Below are positions 11,751-25,771 of a stretch of DNA of 64,000 bases, piece after piece. Both the position numbers and the translations under genes were made by a program. The DNA is from Callorhinchus milii. Taxonomy: Eukaryota. The notes under the pieces were generated by a model. It was not told the origin of the DNA, did not search any database, and saw only the letters and a program-made list of their open reading frames with translations. The first letter of the stretch is position 1. Each line of letters opens with the position of its first letter. The DNA lies in assembly GCF_018977255.1 (NCBI RefSeq), contig NW_024704742.1, positions 66,342,001-66,406,000 on the forward strand, written 5' to 3'.

Positions 11751-14689
11751 TTTTTAAGCCAAGAGGAAAGATAATGTCTGATCAAATTTCACCCAATTCC
11801 CTGCAAGGGAGTACACACTACAAACATTTTATGTTATATTAACAATAATGTTGCCCACATTCACCTTACAAAGCATGCCTGGGATGTATTTATTATGCAT
11901 CATGGAAAAGAAATGCAATAATATTATTACAAAAACAATTTATTAATAAGAATTAATAGGCATCTGGGTTTGGAAGAAACCCTGGTACCACAGAGGATAC
12001 ATTTAGACTTCAGTCACATTTAACCTAATCCTGCAGATCTGGATTGTGAAATAGGCATTGCTCCCTGACCATTGTGGATGAAGCGGTGACACTCAACTCT
12101 TAAATAGTTGAATAAACTATCTTATCTGAGAAAAAATGCCACTCAGATTTATTAAATACTCCATTTTGCTACCCCCCACCCAGGCTTATCAATCTTCATC
12201 TGCCTTTCATTTATGAAGCCATGATTATCCAAGATAAATTTTAAAAGATGCTTAAATACCATACATGGGTATTAACAATTGTATTTCTATGGATTTAAAG
12301 AAGTGAGATTACATGCAAATAATAGTGATGAGTCCTGAATCAGTTGGGAATTAACAGCTCAAACTTGGTTTATATAGCAAAAATGTAGACTAAATGAGGA
12401 TTTTGTATAAACTACTTCTGTTATTCCCCTTTGTTGAGGCATCTGACAAGAGAGATTACAATCCAGATGGATATCACATTATGTGGCAGTGCGCTGTAGC
12501 GTGAAGAAATGTGAATGTGTGCTTCTCTCTGTGGCATTGCTTGTGTGCATTGTGGCTGAAAATGGAGCTGCTGATGTAGTCTATTTTCTCCAGAGGATAA
12601 TGTGGTTCATTCTGATTTTCTTCCAGATCAATTGGCACCATCACTTGATACTGAGTCCAATCAGAATAAAATATAATTATGCTGCATAATACAGGTTATT
12701 TTGTTGGCCAAAATTATCCTTTAAGCATAAAAATTAATAGCCTGAACATGACTTTGTACTTGTGTGACTGTATTGTCATTAGCATATGCAAATCCATGAT
12801 GGCCCCTTTTCAGTGATATTCCAGGGTGACTCAATCCTCGAGTCCTTGAGATCCTATTTTATGGAATGCGTTTCATGCCTAAAATCCCCTGGGTACTGTT
12901 TTGTTGATCTTGCAGTAGTAATTTGTGTCAGAGATCAATGAGTCCTGAGTTAATTGCTATTCCATGGGTGTTTATATACTGTAATCCTTTAGCTCCTCTT
13001 TTGATCATTATAACAGGGGTGATTGTGACCTAGACTTAATTTCAGCACTTCCACAATCCTGTTTTGCTAAATTTAAAAAAGGATTACATGTTGTAAGATT
13101 TAAAAACAGCACAGGCATTCAAATAGCAAGCACTAAAGTTCAGTGATAAAATAAAAGCCCAGTAGAAAATTGTAAAACCCAGTAGAGCCAGTGTAACAAT
13201 TATTTATATTTTTTATTAATTTTGTTCATTCAGACAGATTAATCAATTGGCAGATTGCTTTCTGGGGGTGAAATGCAAGGATTCTAATTATTATTAAGAT
13301 GACTAAGATGTCTTAAAGTGTGTTTTTCTATCTTTGCTTATGGGTTTGTTGTTGCTGGTTGCTCTTTGGAACCTTGCCCAAATTCTGCATCTAATTTTTA
13401 CTGGAAAACAGATTAATTGGCTATTCATCTCATTGCTGTATTTAGGCTGTTTTTGTTAGCGTGGATTAGCTACGACATTTGGCTATGTAGTAACAGTTAC
13501 TATGCTTTCAAGTAACACATGTGAACCACTTTAAGCTATCACAACATAACAGTTCTATATCAAATGCCGATATTATTTATTTTTCATGGTTAAGGCAAGA
13601 CAATGAATATTGTCAAGCTATTGAAGCTATTCACTCATCATAGCCTTCTCATCCAATGATCACCCACATATATTTTCCAGAAATAGTTGGACATGTTGTT
13701 GCAGTGAAAGCCAAAACAATTTACATGTACAGATCAAGCAGGCATGTTAGTAACTTGGCTCAATATCACAGTTCTTTAGATCACAGGAAGCCCTTACTGA
13801 ATAAATCATTGTGACTATTTCAGCATTATATTTCAAGGAGACAAAACAATCCAAACTGTCACATCTGGTCTTATTCTACCTCATGTGACATTTAATGTAC
13901 CAATTATTCTTTGCACATACTGTGTAGCTTCACTTTTTATCAGAACACATTTGAAGCTATATTTTATCTTAGGCAAATATACACGCATATCACTAGTGTA
14001 AAACATTGGTTAGGACTTAATAATAATAATTGTTGATTATCATAATGGCTAAGTTTGGGATTTGTGAAATAAAACTGGATTCCGCTGCCAGTGAAAATTC
14101 TCAGAGCAAGCAAAAGAAAGTCTGTCATTATCTAAGGATCCATTTGAACCAGTAGCTGAAGAAATACGGTATCTAAAAAAAGATGATAATGGTCAGTTTG
14201 AAGGTGAGAAGACTGCAGCTGCAAATCTACAGTCACCTGCCTTTACTCTCCAGCCTGGCGTAAAACTACACCATTGTTCAGGGTGAAAGTGAAGGGTAAT
14301 ATATAAACACAAGTTGTTGTTGCACCTTTATCAGTGAGGTGAAAAACCTTCAAATTGCTTATTCACGTAGCTTGCAATTTCTCTGGCTGAGAATTGATAA
14401 AGATGAAGGAAGCAATAATTGGAATGAAGGTGCAATTGTCTAAGAACCTAACCCAAAATATCTAGGATAAAAACACTCATTACTTAGAAGACGGTTGAAG
14501 AAAAAGACAACACATCTCAGTTTCATACTCAGGCAAGTGAGAACTTTCCCTGAAAGCAAAGGTCTGTTGGCAAGCACAGGATTAAAGCTGAAAATCAAGC
14601 TTGCCTGAAAGATTTGATACAATCGTCTTGCTTTTTTTCCCTCAAATTAGCTCGTTCACATGACTCTGAACTTGCCAGAAAATCAATCC

Positions 14690-15680
14690 AAGTGGGTAGG
14701 TTGTTGGTTTTCCAATGGTTCCCAAAATGTGGTAATATAAAATTAAAAATTCCAGCTTCAGATTTTTCCATAGCAACAGAAAAATATTGTTGTCTGGCAA
14801 TAGTGCAGGAGAGGGGAATTGGATTAGGTGTTTTATGTGGTGAAAACCATGACTGCAGACTTGATGGGACAAAAGGCATGCTTTGTGCAATATACATTCT
14901 TTGACATCTCCATTCTTGTTTGGTTGATGATGCTCTTAAGCTCATATGATGACTGGTAGACTGATAGTTTGGCTGTCCATGAATAATGAATTGCAGTAAA
15001 TTATTGTTTACCTATGTCACATATGGAGTTTGATTCATGTTGGGCAGTCAATTCCAGAAATCAAGAAAGTTCTTACAAGTTTGAAGTTGGTGTTCAGTTT
15101 CATCAAGTAAAACAGAAGGCTATGTCTCAATAAATCTATGAGGAGCTTCTTAAATGTGTTTCGAATGAAATGTAGCCTAAAAACACAGGTATCTTTCATA
15201 TAATCATTACGTCATGATTTACAGTGATTTTGAATCCAGCTCTGCCACCATTTTTTAAAAATCTCATTGAAGAATACGATGAACTAAAGATTTTATGTGA
15301 AATCTAATCAGCTGCTTATCAACTCGAGTTTTTCAATCAATCAGTACCTTGAAAGATGTAGTCAGTTTTGAGTGATATCGAAAATGGTTTCACCAACAAG
15401 GTTATGTTGTTGTTACCCAGAGTTCAATTTAGGTCTATTTGCAGTGAAGAATAAAAAGTTGGCTTTAGCTACTCTGGATGCAGCTGTCACCAAAGATGGA
15501 GGAAATTTGTTCAGAAAACATCTGTCCAACATTCAGGATAAACCAAGTTTATGTAGGTGGCACAAAATAATAATCTAGTTAAGTGTGCACAGTATCTATC
15601 TGAATTTGCCAAAGCTGTCTGGCACCTACAGTCAAGCAGAGTTTTAGAACACATTTTCAAAATTTTGCTTGATTGATAAT
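14690..15680 (+). mobile_element. Possible highly decayed Penelope-like RT relic
   Basis: Fragments in Penelope order: GRLLVFQWFPK (cf. rlYGLPK), YPEFN..KNKKL..LDAAVTKDGG..FRK (cf. HP.I.FT.E...KLPFLDV.V.....YRK) and LEHIFKILLD (cf. L..I..IL..NGYP). Many stops. Confidence 0.35.
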
Positions 15681-18625
15681 GTAATTGTGATCACCTCCTG
15701 TGATTCCGATGGATGGCCATATCATTCAAACTGATGCTATTTCTGCTTCACTGAATGACTGAATTTAAAGTATTTAAATCATAAGATTCTTTGAATCATA
15801 AGATAGGCTCTGAAATGTGCCATGAATTTGTTTACCATGCATACACTTTTATTTAGCAATAACATAGGGGGGAATTCCTGAACTTTCTTCTATGAATCAT
15901 ATTTCCCCGGATGATTAACCCTTACAAATCTTTCAACATCAAATGCTGGTGAGTATTAAGTAGGGCCGTGATATTTAACAGATTACTTGCGTTTTAGGTG
16001 ACTGCATTTAAAAAAAAATTTAACGTCCCTGTCAGTCGTATGAGCACATTTTTGTTACACAAAAGGCTGCTTATGTCAATCTAATAAAATATGCATGCTC
16101 AAATGGTTTTCATTTTATTAGGTTTACAATGGCGAGCACTGGATGAAATTTATTACATGGTGAAACTGAGCTTTATTCAGTACAATGGCAACAAGTCAGG
16201 ATACACATTTATGCAATATTTTGTCACTACTCACTTGATTGTTATCATACACATAGAATGAAATATTAAACTTAAAATGTTTAATAAAACATCTGGTGGC
16301 AATTTGCATTAAATGCGTGGAATGTATAATATACATTTTCATGCACAATTTCCCAGATTTTTGAATTTCCACTCTCATCTGTTGCATGGAGTTAGGATGC
16401 ATGGACCACAATGAGTGAAAATGAATTGGAAAACAAAGCAGGAGGAAGATGGAAACTATTGTGGATTGACAACAGTGGACTGTGAATTGCTTTAAAGATG
16501 ATCTACATGAAATTGCTTATCCTTAGAATAAATTAAATACTGTATCTCTAGTAGAAAAGTTCAGTTTTTTTTGTATGTACTGACGCCAATATCAAAGGTG
16601 TATTGTAACTCATATCTTAATCAGATATGACAGAATCTATATTATGAGAATCAGTAAACGTATGTATACAGCAAAACTTGCAAAATTAGTTATAACATAT
16701 CATAATTTAGTGTTCATTGGTCTTTGTTCCTGTGCCCTTTCCTTCTCTTTTTTATTATTCGTTGACTCTTTGCTTTCAATTGGCTTGCTTATGCTTTTTT
16801 TCTACTTTCATTATTGTCTCTAATGTCTCTAAAGTGCTTCAAAATGGCACCAGAATACTCAGAGAAATGCGCAAGATTCAGTATTTTGCCGAGGTTCCGA
16901 GTGGCTATTTTTAGCATTCATTTAGTTTCAAAAACCATAGATGTGCAAAACTTTGAGGCTTTTGCTTAATTTAGATCTAGGAAACTGGAGTAAGTGAACA
17001 CTAATTTATCCAGGCTTTCAATTAATAGCTACTTTATATCAACAGATTATTAAAAGAATTGGCTGTCAAACTACCGTTGTTAAATATGCTAACTTTTAAA
17101 AAAATATATTATTTACACTTTAGTGAAAGACTTTGTGTGAAAGTCACTTGAGGACAGATTACTGCAAGGAGAAATAGGCATGAGATGCGTAATCTTATTT
17201 TGGAAGAAACATTACAGTTAACCTTCCAGAAAAAATGACCACTACAGTGTAATTCTGGTACTATTAATAATATCATGGAGTGGCAATTTGATATAAACAT
17301 TGCTGTTGATGGCTATATTTAGGCTATAACTGCACCGGTAAATGTGAATGGTTTTTGATAATATTTTTCAGTTCTACAAATTAACATTTTATGCAGCTCA
17401 TTGGAAATCTCTGATCTATTTCATTTGTGTGGTTTGAAGGTCACCCTAGGAACCACAGTTAATAATTAAAGCTGAAACTGAGTATAAAGGTGAAAAGGTC
17501 ACTGAATGCCTAATTATTATTGACTGTTTAATAGTAGGCAGCAAAGCACAGTTTCAAGCAGATCAAAGTAGGTTTTAAAATTTATGCCATGTATGCCAAT
17601 AATAATTGATTTTTCACCAGGGAATGCCAGTCGAGTTCATAAATGTAAATTGAGCGACAGTTTAATCTAGTTGTTCGCACTGTCCCACTATCCCTGATGG
17701 CCTTATTAATACGTCAGTTTGACAGGAAATCAATCCTGATAGGATTCAATTCAGCTTCCTACCAAAGGCTTTTGAATAGAGGCATAAGGATAGAATTAAA
17801 CATCATGCAACTATTCTAAAACAACCACTAAAGCACTTAAAGTTCTGGATAGAGATTAATGCTAGGGGCTTTTATTAACCTAGTACCACAGATCACATAC
17901 AAGCGTTTTTTAATCTTCAGCAATAAGTCCAAGGCATCAGTACATTTCGCCCTTTCATGTTATAATATTTTGAACATAGAGCAATTAACTTTGTGGAACC
18001 CTTTAATTTAAATTAAATAACAAGTCAATAAAAAAATCCATGTGTAAACATGGATATCAGCTATTCAACAAGGTCTGAATATTGTATGTAGAAATGGACT
18101 GCTACTTATCTAGCTGCACACTGTTTTTGTATTACTTACACGTGTGCAACAAAGTTGGAAGTGACATCGATGGTGACCTAATGAATTCAATGTTGGCCAT
18201 TTTAGTTCAAAAGACAGCCAGTTTGGGAGAGAGCAGGCCAGCGGTGCACATGCAGAGTGAATGGAGTTCATATTCCAGCCACCGTTATAACCAGATTTGC
18301 ACTATAAAAAAGCACAATATAACAGAACTGCACTCATTCTAATTCTTATATAATTCTTGTTCTTAAAAATTACTCTGCGATTGGTCATGGACATGTGTAA
18401 TGGGTATAACTTTTATAACTTAAAATCCGTGATCCCATTCCCAACCAGATATTTATCCAGGTTATTTTTTAAGGAACTAACTGACTCAGCCTCAATTTAT
18501 TTTGTTTGGAGTCTGCTAGTCATCTTAACTACTATGCAGAGAACACAAATCCTTCTGATTTCTAGTCTTGGTGAAGACGTTGAACATTTTACACCTGTGT
18601 CTTATTCTGTGCTCGCTGTCTAAGG

Positions 18626-18856
18626 TAGGGTAACCATATTTTGTAATCCAGGAACACATTTAATAATAATATTTAAAAAATTGAACTCAGCTGTACTGGA
18701 GAAGCTTGTTGGATTAATGGCTGTAGTTCTCTTATGAGTGTATCTGTTTTAGAATGTAATTGTTCTTGCTCAGTTTGTTGCTGAACTCAAGAGAGAGCAA
18801 ATTTGGCCAAGGACACCAGGGACTGTTCCTGCAATCGGGGAGGTATGATCCCCCTG
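18626..18856. mobile_element. Possible hAT-type non-autonomous element
   Basis: Ends tagggtaaccata ... tatgatccccctg form a degenerate TAGGGTGACCATA-type terminal inverted repeat. Confidence 0.4.
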
Positions 18857-20087
18857 TCTAAGATGCATCTGCTTCATCTGTGCCTTTCATCATGTCCCAT
18901 TTCAATATTTATTTCATTTAATTAAAATGAGTTTTGGTCTTTGATGCTCTTTTATAACTTAGAACATAATCATTTCCGGATTCATCAATTTTCTCTGAAC
19001 CCTCTTTATGACTACAGTATCTTTTTGACAGCAGTACATATTAGGACAAAATTTGTGATGTTTGATACAGAGCGAATCCATTAAAAAAAACTTGCAACAT
19101 GGGTGTCCTGTGGACCTGCAGTTACAGACATGTGTTTTTGGCACAGGCTGGCCAACTTTCTGGAAGTTGGAAGTGATGTCAGTGGCAACCGGACGATGCG
19201 GAGCAAGACCAGTGGCCATTATATTTTGCGGACCCGTTATAACTTGCGGTTCTAATTTTATTGACCCATGATGCTGCATTGTAAGAGGATATCTTCAATT
19301 AAAGCTGGTGTAACATAGCTTTTCTGTTGTTTAAAAGTTGTTTTCTGGGCTGGATTTGATGAGGGGTGAAACTTGCACTCTCCTCAGTCCAGAAATGTTT
19401 CCTCTCCCCCGTTGAGATGAAGACTTTAATTAGGCTCAAGATCTCTGCTTCTGATAAGGAGGAAACCGCTTACCTAGCGGCGTGTGCTGCTACCTCTCGA
19501 CCAGTAGTTAACTTTGGCGATATTCAAGGAACAACTCAATCTTTATAATATTGCATTGGCTTTGTTTCTCTAGGTTTGTATGTTACAACATTGAGGAAAT
19601 AAGTTTTATTGAAAAATGTGTCCAATATGAATGCATTCAACTGAATTCTGTTGAGCCATGCATCATTGTGCACACCACAGTGTACTTTGAAATGCCTTGA
19701 GGCACTGTTTTGATTACATCTGTTTCTGGCACACTGTTAAATTGATATGGCAGAAATCTCCATGTGAAACTATGAAGGAGATAGTCTTGAATGCTGCAGT
19801 ATAAATGATTAGACTGTTTCATCCCTGTAATGAAAACAAAAAGTGCTGATTTGTGCTTTTTAAAGAAAAGATTTAATACTTGATGCATTTTTTCCCAAGT
19901 TTGTCACCAGTATTCCACTCGTCCATATTGTGTAGCAGAAGGGTGAGAATTTTCTGTGACTTTCAAACAAGAACATTGTTGGTGACATCTCACTGCACTG
20001 TTTTTGCATATTCTGGCTCTTCTTTTGTGACACTCCCGAAAAACTGATTCCAGCAAATTAACAGAGGGACAGAATACTGTAGCCCTG

Positions 20088-20640
20088 GAATCATAGAACT
20101 TTTACAGCACAGAAAGAGATGATGAGGCCCAATGGGTAATCTCTTCTAATCCCATTCTTATGCTCTTTCTCTGTACTTATAAATATTTTCTGCTAGTATT
20201 TATCCAATTCCCTATTAAGTGCTGTTATGGACTCTGTTTCAACATATATTTCTAGTAAGGCATTCCATATTTTAACAGCATTCTGCGTTTAAAAACAATT
20301 GTCTAATCTCTCCCTTTTTTTCTTGCGTGATAACCATTAATTTACTGACTCACTGACCAGTGGAAATAACCTCTTTACGCTATTAGAATCATTTGTAATT
20401 TTGAAACCCTCTGTTAAATTTCCTTTTTAACCTCTGCTCCAGCAAACAATCCCATCTTTTCAAATGTTTTCATTTAACTAAATAATAAAATATGGTATAG
20501 GCTTTTTCCTCTGGGATGATAATAGTGGATTTCTGTTGAACCGTCTCTGTGGCTATGATGTATTTGCTGCAATGAAAAATGGAGTGCTTGCAACTGCATC
20601 CAATAGTTTAAATGGGGCCTAACTAATGTGTACAAATTAT
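20088..20640 (-). mobile_element. Decayed CR1 LINE 3' portion
   Basis: gaatcatagaac..tacagcacagaa tail; colinear with the CR1 at 29135-29590. Confidence 0.75.
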
Positions 20641-20661
20641 CTACCCACTGCTTTTCCAGAA

Positions 20662-20848
20662 GTAATAATTCCTTAAAAAAATAAGTTGATCACTCAATCC
20701 ACGACTGCTTGTGGGACACTGCTGTGCGCAATTGGCTGCCGTGTTTCGCCCACATAATATATAGTCAATTCACTTTACAGTATCTGTGAAGTGTTTTGAG
20801 ACGTCTCGAAGACATGATAAGGCGTTATATCAAATGCAAGTATTATTA
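20662..20848 (+). mobile_element. 5'-truncated SINE (long-variant tail)
   Basis: gtgggacactgctgtgcgcaattggctgcc...gagacgtctcgaagacatga...tatcaaatgcaag. Confidence 0.9.
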
Positions 20849-22566
20849 GCCTGTTACTGCATCTCACAAGATGTCTGCATAATGCAAGGACACAAGAAAC
20901 CTGCATAAAGTTGGTAATGCAGTGAGTATATGGAGGAAAGATTGCGAATGACTGATTTTGGAATCAGCTCAAGGCTGTTTGGGATGTTGGCTAGACTTGT
21001 GATATTTCATGCTCAGAAAAGAGACTTCAGTAGGTCTGAGGAGCAAGACTATTGATAATGAAAAGCAAGAAAACAAACCTAACAGGAAAAAGAGATAAGG
21101 CAAGAGGGGAGGAGCCTTGTGAGACCAAAGGTGAAGAGTTACGGGAGGTCGGACTATCTCAGAAATGATTGTATGGAACGGGTAATGTTGTGTTTGCGAT
21201 ACCAACAGTTGTGCTTAATGGAGTCATAGCTCCAATTCTATTTTTTGGACTGTACTCATGAGAGAGGGCGGGGACTGTCCATTAGATCATATATCATTGG
21301 TTGGACAGCAGATCCAATGACTTAGAAGTAGTCACTCTGTGTCTGAACATGTGCACTTAAATTTACATCCATTCTTTCAGCATCAAAATCTGTATAACCA
21401 TCGTTTCTTAGCATTTTCAATGTTCCTTCTCTAAGAGTAAGCATTCTTGAAATTAGCTTGAACAGTTTTACACAGTTCCCAGTGGATGTGGGTCCACAGT
21501 ATAAAACTGCCTTTGATTTAAAATTGTCAATCTCACTCAGAAATAATTTGTGGAGTAATGCCATGGAGGACCTATTATAGGATTGGGATAAATCGCATTG
21601 TTTTGGGCAGAATAGAGGGCAGTTTACCTCTGGCAGTAGTATTCCTTATCGGGGAATTCATGGTGAGTGGAAGGCGGTAATGCTTCACAGTAAAATTTTG
21701 AGGTTTGACGTAAGGATTAATTGTTAGAATAGTTTTGCTTTTGTAGAGGAAACTTGTTCTACTATACATAATGTGTGTTTTGAAAATGACCAGAAATGCA
21801 TTTGTATATTATAAGATGGACCACTGAGATAAAATCCTTGTGTATGTCAATGCACAAACTGGTAGCAACAGTACTCAAGCGTTAAGACTGTCAATGTACA
21901 TGAACTTGCCCTTATCTCTGGAGGAAAGCTTGTTGATTTCAAAACATATCTTTGAACAAAGAGATGTCTCCCATTATTATTCAAGTATTGCACTTAGCAA
22001 CTTGAGAAGAAGGAACTTTGATATCATTGGTGAAGGTGTGTGTAGACAGTCTCACACTCCTAACTGAGGAGGAAAGAAGAAACGTGGGAAAACAAACTGT
22101 ATTTAAGAAGATTACAAGAAATTAAGCCAAAATTTTAAATTGTACAAACTATAACCTCTGCTAAACCCACTACTGGTGGTTTTCTTTTCTCTTTTGTAGA
22201 CCTATTCTATAATGGCTGTGACTAATGAACTCCCAGAGAATGAGTGCTGATTTTGTATCTTGGTTTGCTTTCATAGTGAATTCTGTCTGCAGTTCTGTAT
22301 AAGTGTATCATCATAAACCAGTTTTACTGGTTTTCGTGCAGTCATGTTCGCTGTTTGTTCACACAACTCACATGTTCAGCATTTGCAAATTTATAGAAAT
22401 TTCAAGACTGTTTCCAGATTTTAAAACCTTCTCTTAGATATTTCATTGCAGGAGTTTTATTTCATAGAAAGCTGGAGAGAAAGTTAATGTTGGAACACAA
22501 AGAAAGTAGCCTGAAAATGTCAATAAAAGTGGAGTGAGACTGAATATTAAAGTAGTGAAATTTGAC

Positions 22567-22941
22567 AGTGCTTGTTATAAAATGGTGTTTGGGAAGAGAG
22601 GGTCCATAAAATCTGAGTTATAATGGGTGGGTGGGGCTGCAGTGGCTGGTTTCATTGCACATGTGTGCAGCCAGCTAGCCGTTTCCCACGTGCCGGTCAG
22701 CTTCCACACTGAAAAGCAACCTGAATTTCGAGTCATCATGGTACTGCCAACGTCACTGCTTGTGAGCCTGCATGCACAGTACACAGAAAGTGACGTCCTG
22801 ATGACATGGAAGTTTAGCATAAACACAGTCAGTGCACATGAAGCAAGGCAGCCAGCTGCCTACATTACGTAGTAAATTAGGTCCTCCTGCCATTTGTGCT
22901 ATAAGCAAGTCTGTGTTATAACAAAATGGGGTTGTACTATA
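22567..22941. mobile_element. Possible Tigger/pogo-like MITE
   Basis: cagtgcttgttataa at the left and gttataac..gttgtactata at the right; gtccataaaatc motif shared with 10385-10450, and related ccgttataac pieces at ~18280, ~19233 and ~24092. Confidence 0.4.
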
Positions 22942-25621
22942 GCACACTGATATCTTGATTGTTGAACAGGTTTGCTGATTTACAGAAGTTGAAGTTCTTT
23001 GTTTCTTCTGCAATTGAGTTTTATCAGCCTAATAATTACCATTACTGTTCCTAAACAATTAATAATACAATTGGTCGAAGTTTCACAATTCCATGTGTTT
23101 CCAACACACAAGCATCCAGCAGCCCAATTAATACATCAGCCTCTGGGGATCTTTTCACAAACAACCAAAAGGAATCCAACTAATGGGAAACAATGGAATT
23201 ACTTTTCACCCTGGCATTTACATTCTGCAACAGCTGATAAAGATTAAAGAGAGTGTCTTTATAGATCCTGCAGGACTACAACTGAGGACAAAAAACATCT
23301 GAGGTATATCATGTTAATTTTTATTTGCATATATTTAGCAGTATTTAGATCTGTGTCATGTCCTTATGAATTCAGCATTGTCACCTGTAATGAAAAATTA
23401 CACATCACAATATTGCTGGTTTAACCTTCCACTTGCATCGTTGAAGCCTTGGTTGCTCTGTGACTTGGTGTCAGTGAGACAAAATGTTGCATTGCATCAC
23501 TGCCAATTGTGCAAGATAATTGACAATATCATAGAATTTGGCAGTTTCACATCAGGGTTGAGATCATCTATTGTCATGCTGTTGAAGTTGCAACGTTAAG
23601 GCTGAACAACAACCTAATAATGAAAAATAGCAGTTTCAGTTATTTTATTTATAATGTGACCATCATTTGGAAGCCAATGAGCAGAGTGCATGCTCTTCTG
23701 TTTGCTCATAGTGCTCTTTAACTTTATTTACTGGTGGTATTGTTTGATGTGGTTTAACTAGAGCCTAAAACTCTTAAGAGAGGTTGGGACGAAGAAGGCC
23801 TTTGGCTCATTTGATCTTATCTTTTCATTTTTTATCATTTCACCCCAAAATATAGTCAATTCACTTTGCAGTGTATTCTGTGAAGCATTTTGAAATTGCC
23901 TCGGCATAAAATTCAGTTTGCTCTCTGGAAAGTTCAATCTCTGTCTAATTTTCAGTGAACTGCTGTAGTATTAAGATATAGCCCTTAACAAATAGACTCT
24001 GTAGATTAGCTTTATTCAGTTCCTGCTCAATACAAATAGCATGAATTCCAAAACGTCAGGGGCATCAGACACAGCTTCATAATTTCCATCCCACCGTTAT
24101 AACCAGTGGTGGTGGTGATAAAAGTGTCACTAGCAGGGCCTAAGAAATTATGGCTTCCACCAGCCTGACACTCTGCTTGTAAAGTGCCTCTTCAGTATCT
24201 CTGTAATTATGGTGTAGGAATAACTTTTTTTATAAAAGATAACTCCGAGTAATTTTCTTATATAATAGTTACTTCAACCAAAAACATTGTTGAACTAAGA
24301 AAGAAGACTGTAATTACTCTCATACTCTTAAGATACTGAATTAGTGTAGACTAATAGGGCTTGTGGCATTCAGGTTTGTAACAGATATCTTTGGCCACTG
24401 CTTTCTCTTTCCTGTTAGTGAGACTGTCCACACTATAAATGGAGTTGCTCAGGAACACTTTCTGAAGCAGCACTGAGCTATAAATTTAATGTAACACTCA
24501 CTGATACATCTGTCAGTGTATACATTGTTGATCTAAATAAGAGGCAAGTGTGGTGAGTCTGTCCCTCAGTAGCCACCAAATGATGGTGCATAGGGGCTAA
24601 TGAAAATGGAATTCATGATATGCCACCTTATTACATTTAAAGTGGTCATTTCTAATAGACTAGGAAGACCTGGTAAGTTTGAACAGGTCGAACTGGGATC
24701 AAGAAGGATGGTTGAGCGTACTTCAACAAAGGCTGGTTCAGCAAATGATGATTAATCCTCTATTTGAACTTCAGTGTACAAAGGTCAGAATTCCATTGAC
24801 AGCATTATCCATGAGAGAGTTCCACAGACAGGGCAATTAGTGCATGAAGCTTTTCTGCTAGTATTCCCTGTCAATCTTTTGCATTGATAGATTGCTGAGA
24901 TGTAGTGCAACATCTCTGTTTGATATAAACATGGTTTAAGCACCAGCATTTCTTGTTAGGAAGATGAGAAAAGATTGACCTATGAAGCTCATCTCTCTAC
25001 TACCATATCTTAGCATTCTAGCGAGAGCTCAAACCTACGTTTGTCAGTTATATAATGACCAGTCAGAGACTATACTCCTGAAGAAGCACATTTTTTCCAT
25101 TTGATGCCTGTTAACCATGCAAGCCTAAGCCCTAATGGGTAGGGTAGTCCATGCAATGAGAAGCTTGCCAATGTTCATAATGATAAGCTGTAAGGTGTTA
25201 GTTGGTTAAACACTACAGTATTTGTCAACTTATATCTGATATTTCCCGGAGTTAGGTGAGCGGAGTGTGTGTCCCTGAGGAAAGAGTGCATATTCCATAC
25301 TAAACATTTTGAAACACTTAACACATGGTGATGTGTTCCTGGACTCTGTGAGCCTATCAACCCCATCCTCGCTTGGCTCCATTAGCTCCCCATACGGCAT
25401 TGGATCCTTGTTCTCGGTTTTAGACACCTCGATAGCCTCACCCCACCTTATCTCTGATCTACAACCCTACTTCTGCAGCTGCTCCCTCCGCTCAGCAAAC
25501 ATTTCATGTCCCCCAATGGATCCTCCCCACCAACAGTCAGTCATTCTATAATCAATAATGATCCTTATATTTGATATAACATTTTATTGCATTGATTTCC
25601 TCATGTTTCTTTCTTCTCTAG

Positions 25622-25771
25622 TTTCTCAGGGTGGTAGCGGAGAAGATCTCACACCTTGCAGAAATCTTTTGCATCGAGGAGATGGGCAGCCAAGGCATCC
25701 AGGAGGTTTTAATGTCGGCAAAAGTGACCGCACTAGCAAAAGATCTCAGGCAAAGTGCAGCTATTATCAAT
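25622..25771 (+). CDS. CCDC142: CCDC142 coding exon, phase 0 to 0 (150 nt)
   Basis: Strong polypyrimidine tract tttctttcttctctag and AAT|gtaagg donor. Open 50 codons FLRVVAEKISHLAEIFCIEEMGSQGIQEVLMSAKVTALAKDLRQSAAIIN (helical, coiled-coil-like); bridges the phases of the flanking exons. Confidence 0.82.

Noticed and set aside
21322..21564. ORF with LYCGPTSTG resembling an SF3 helicase Walker A motif (possible parvoviral insert)
   Set aside because: Lacks the essential GK[S/T] lysine and any Walker B or motif C, and the flanking frames show no viral similarity.
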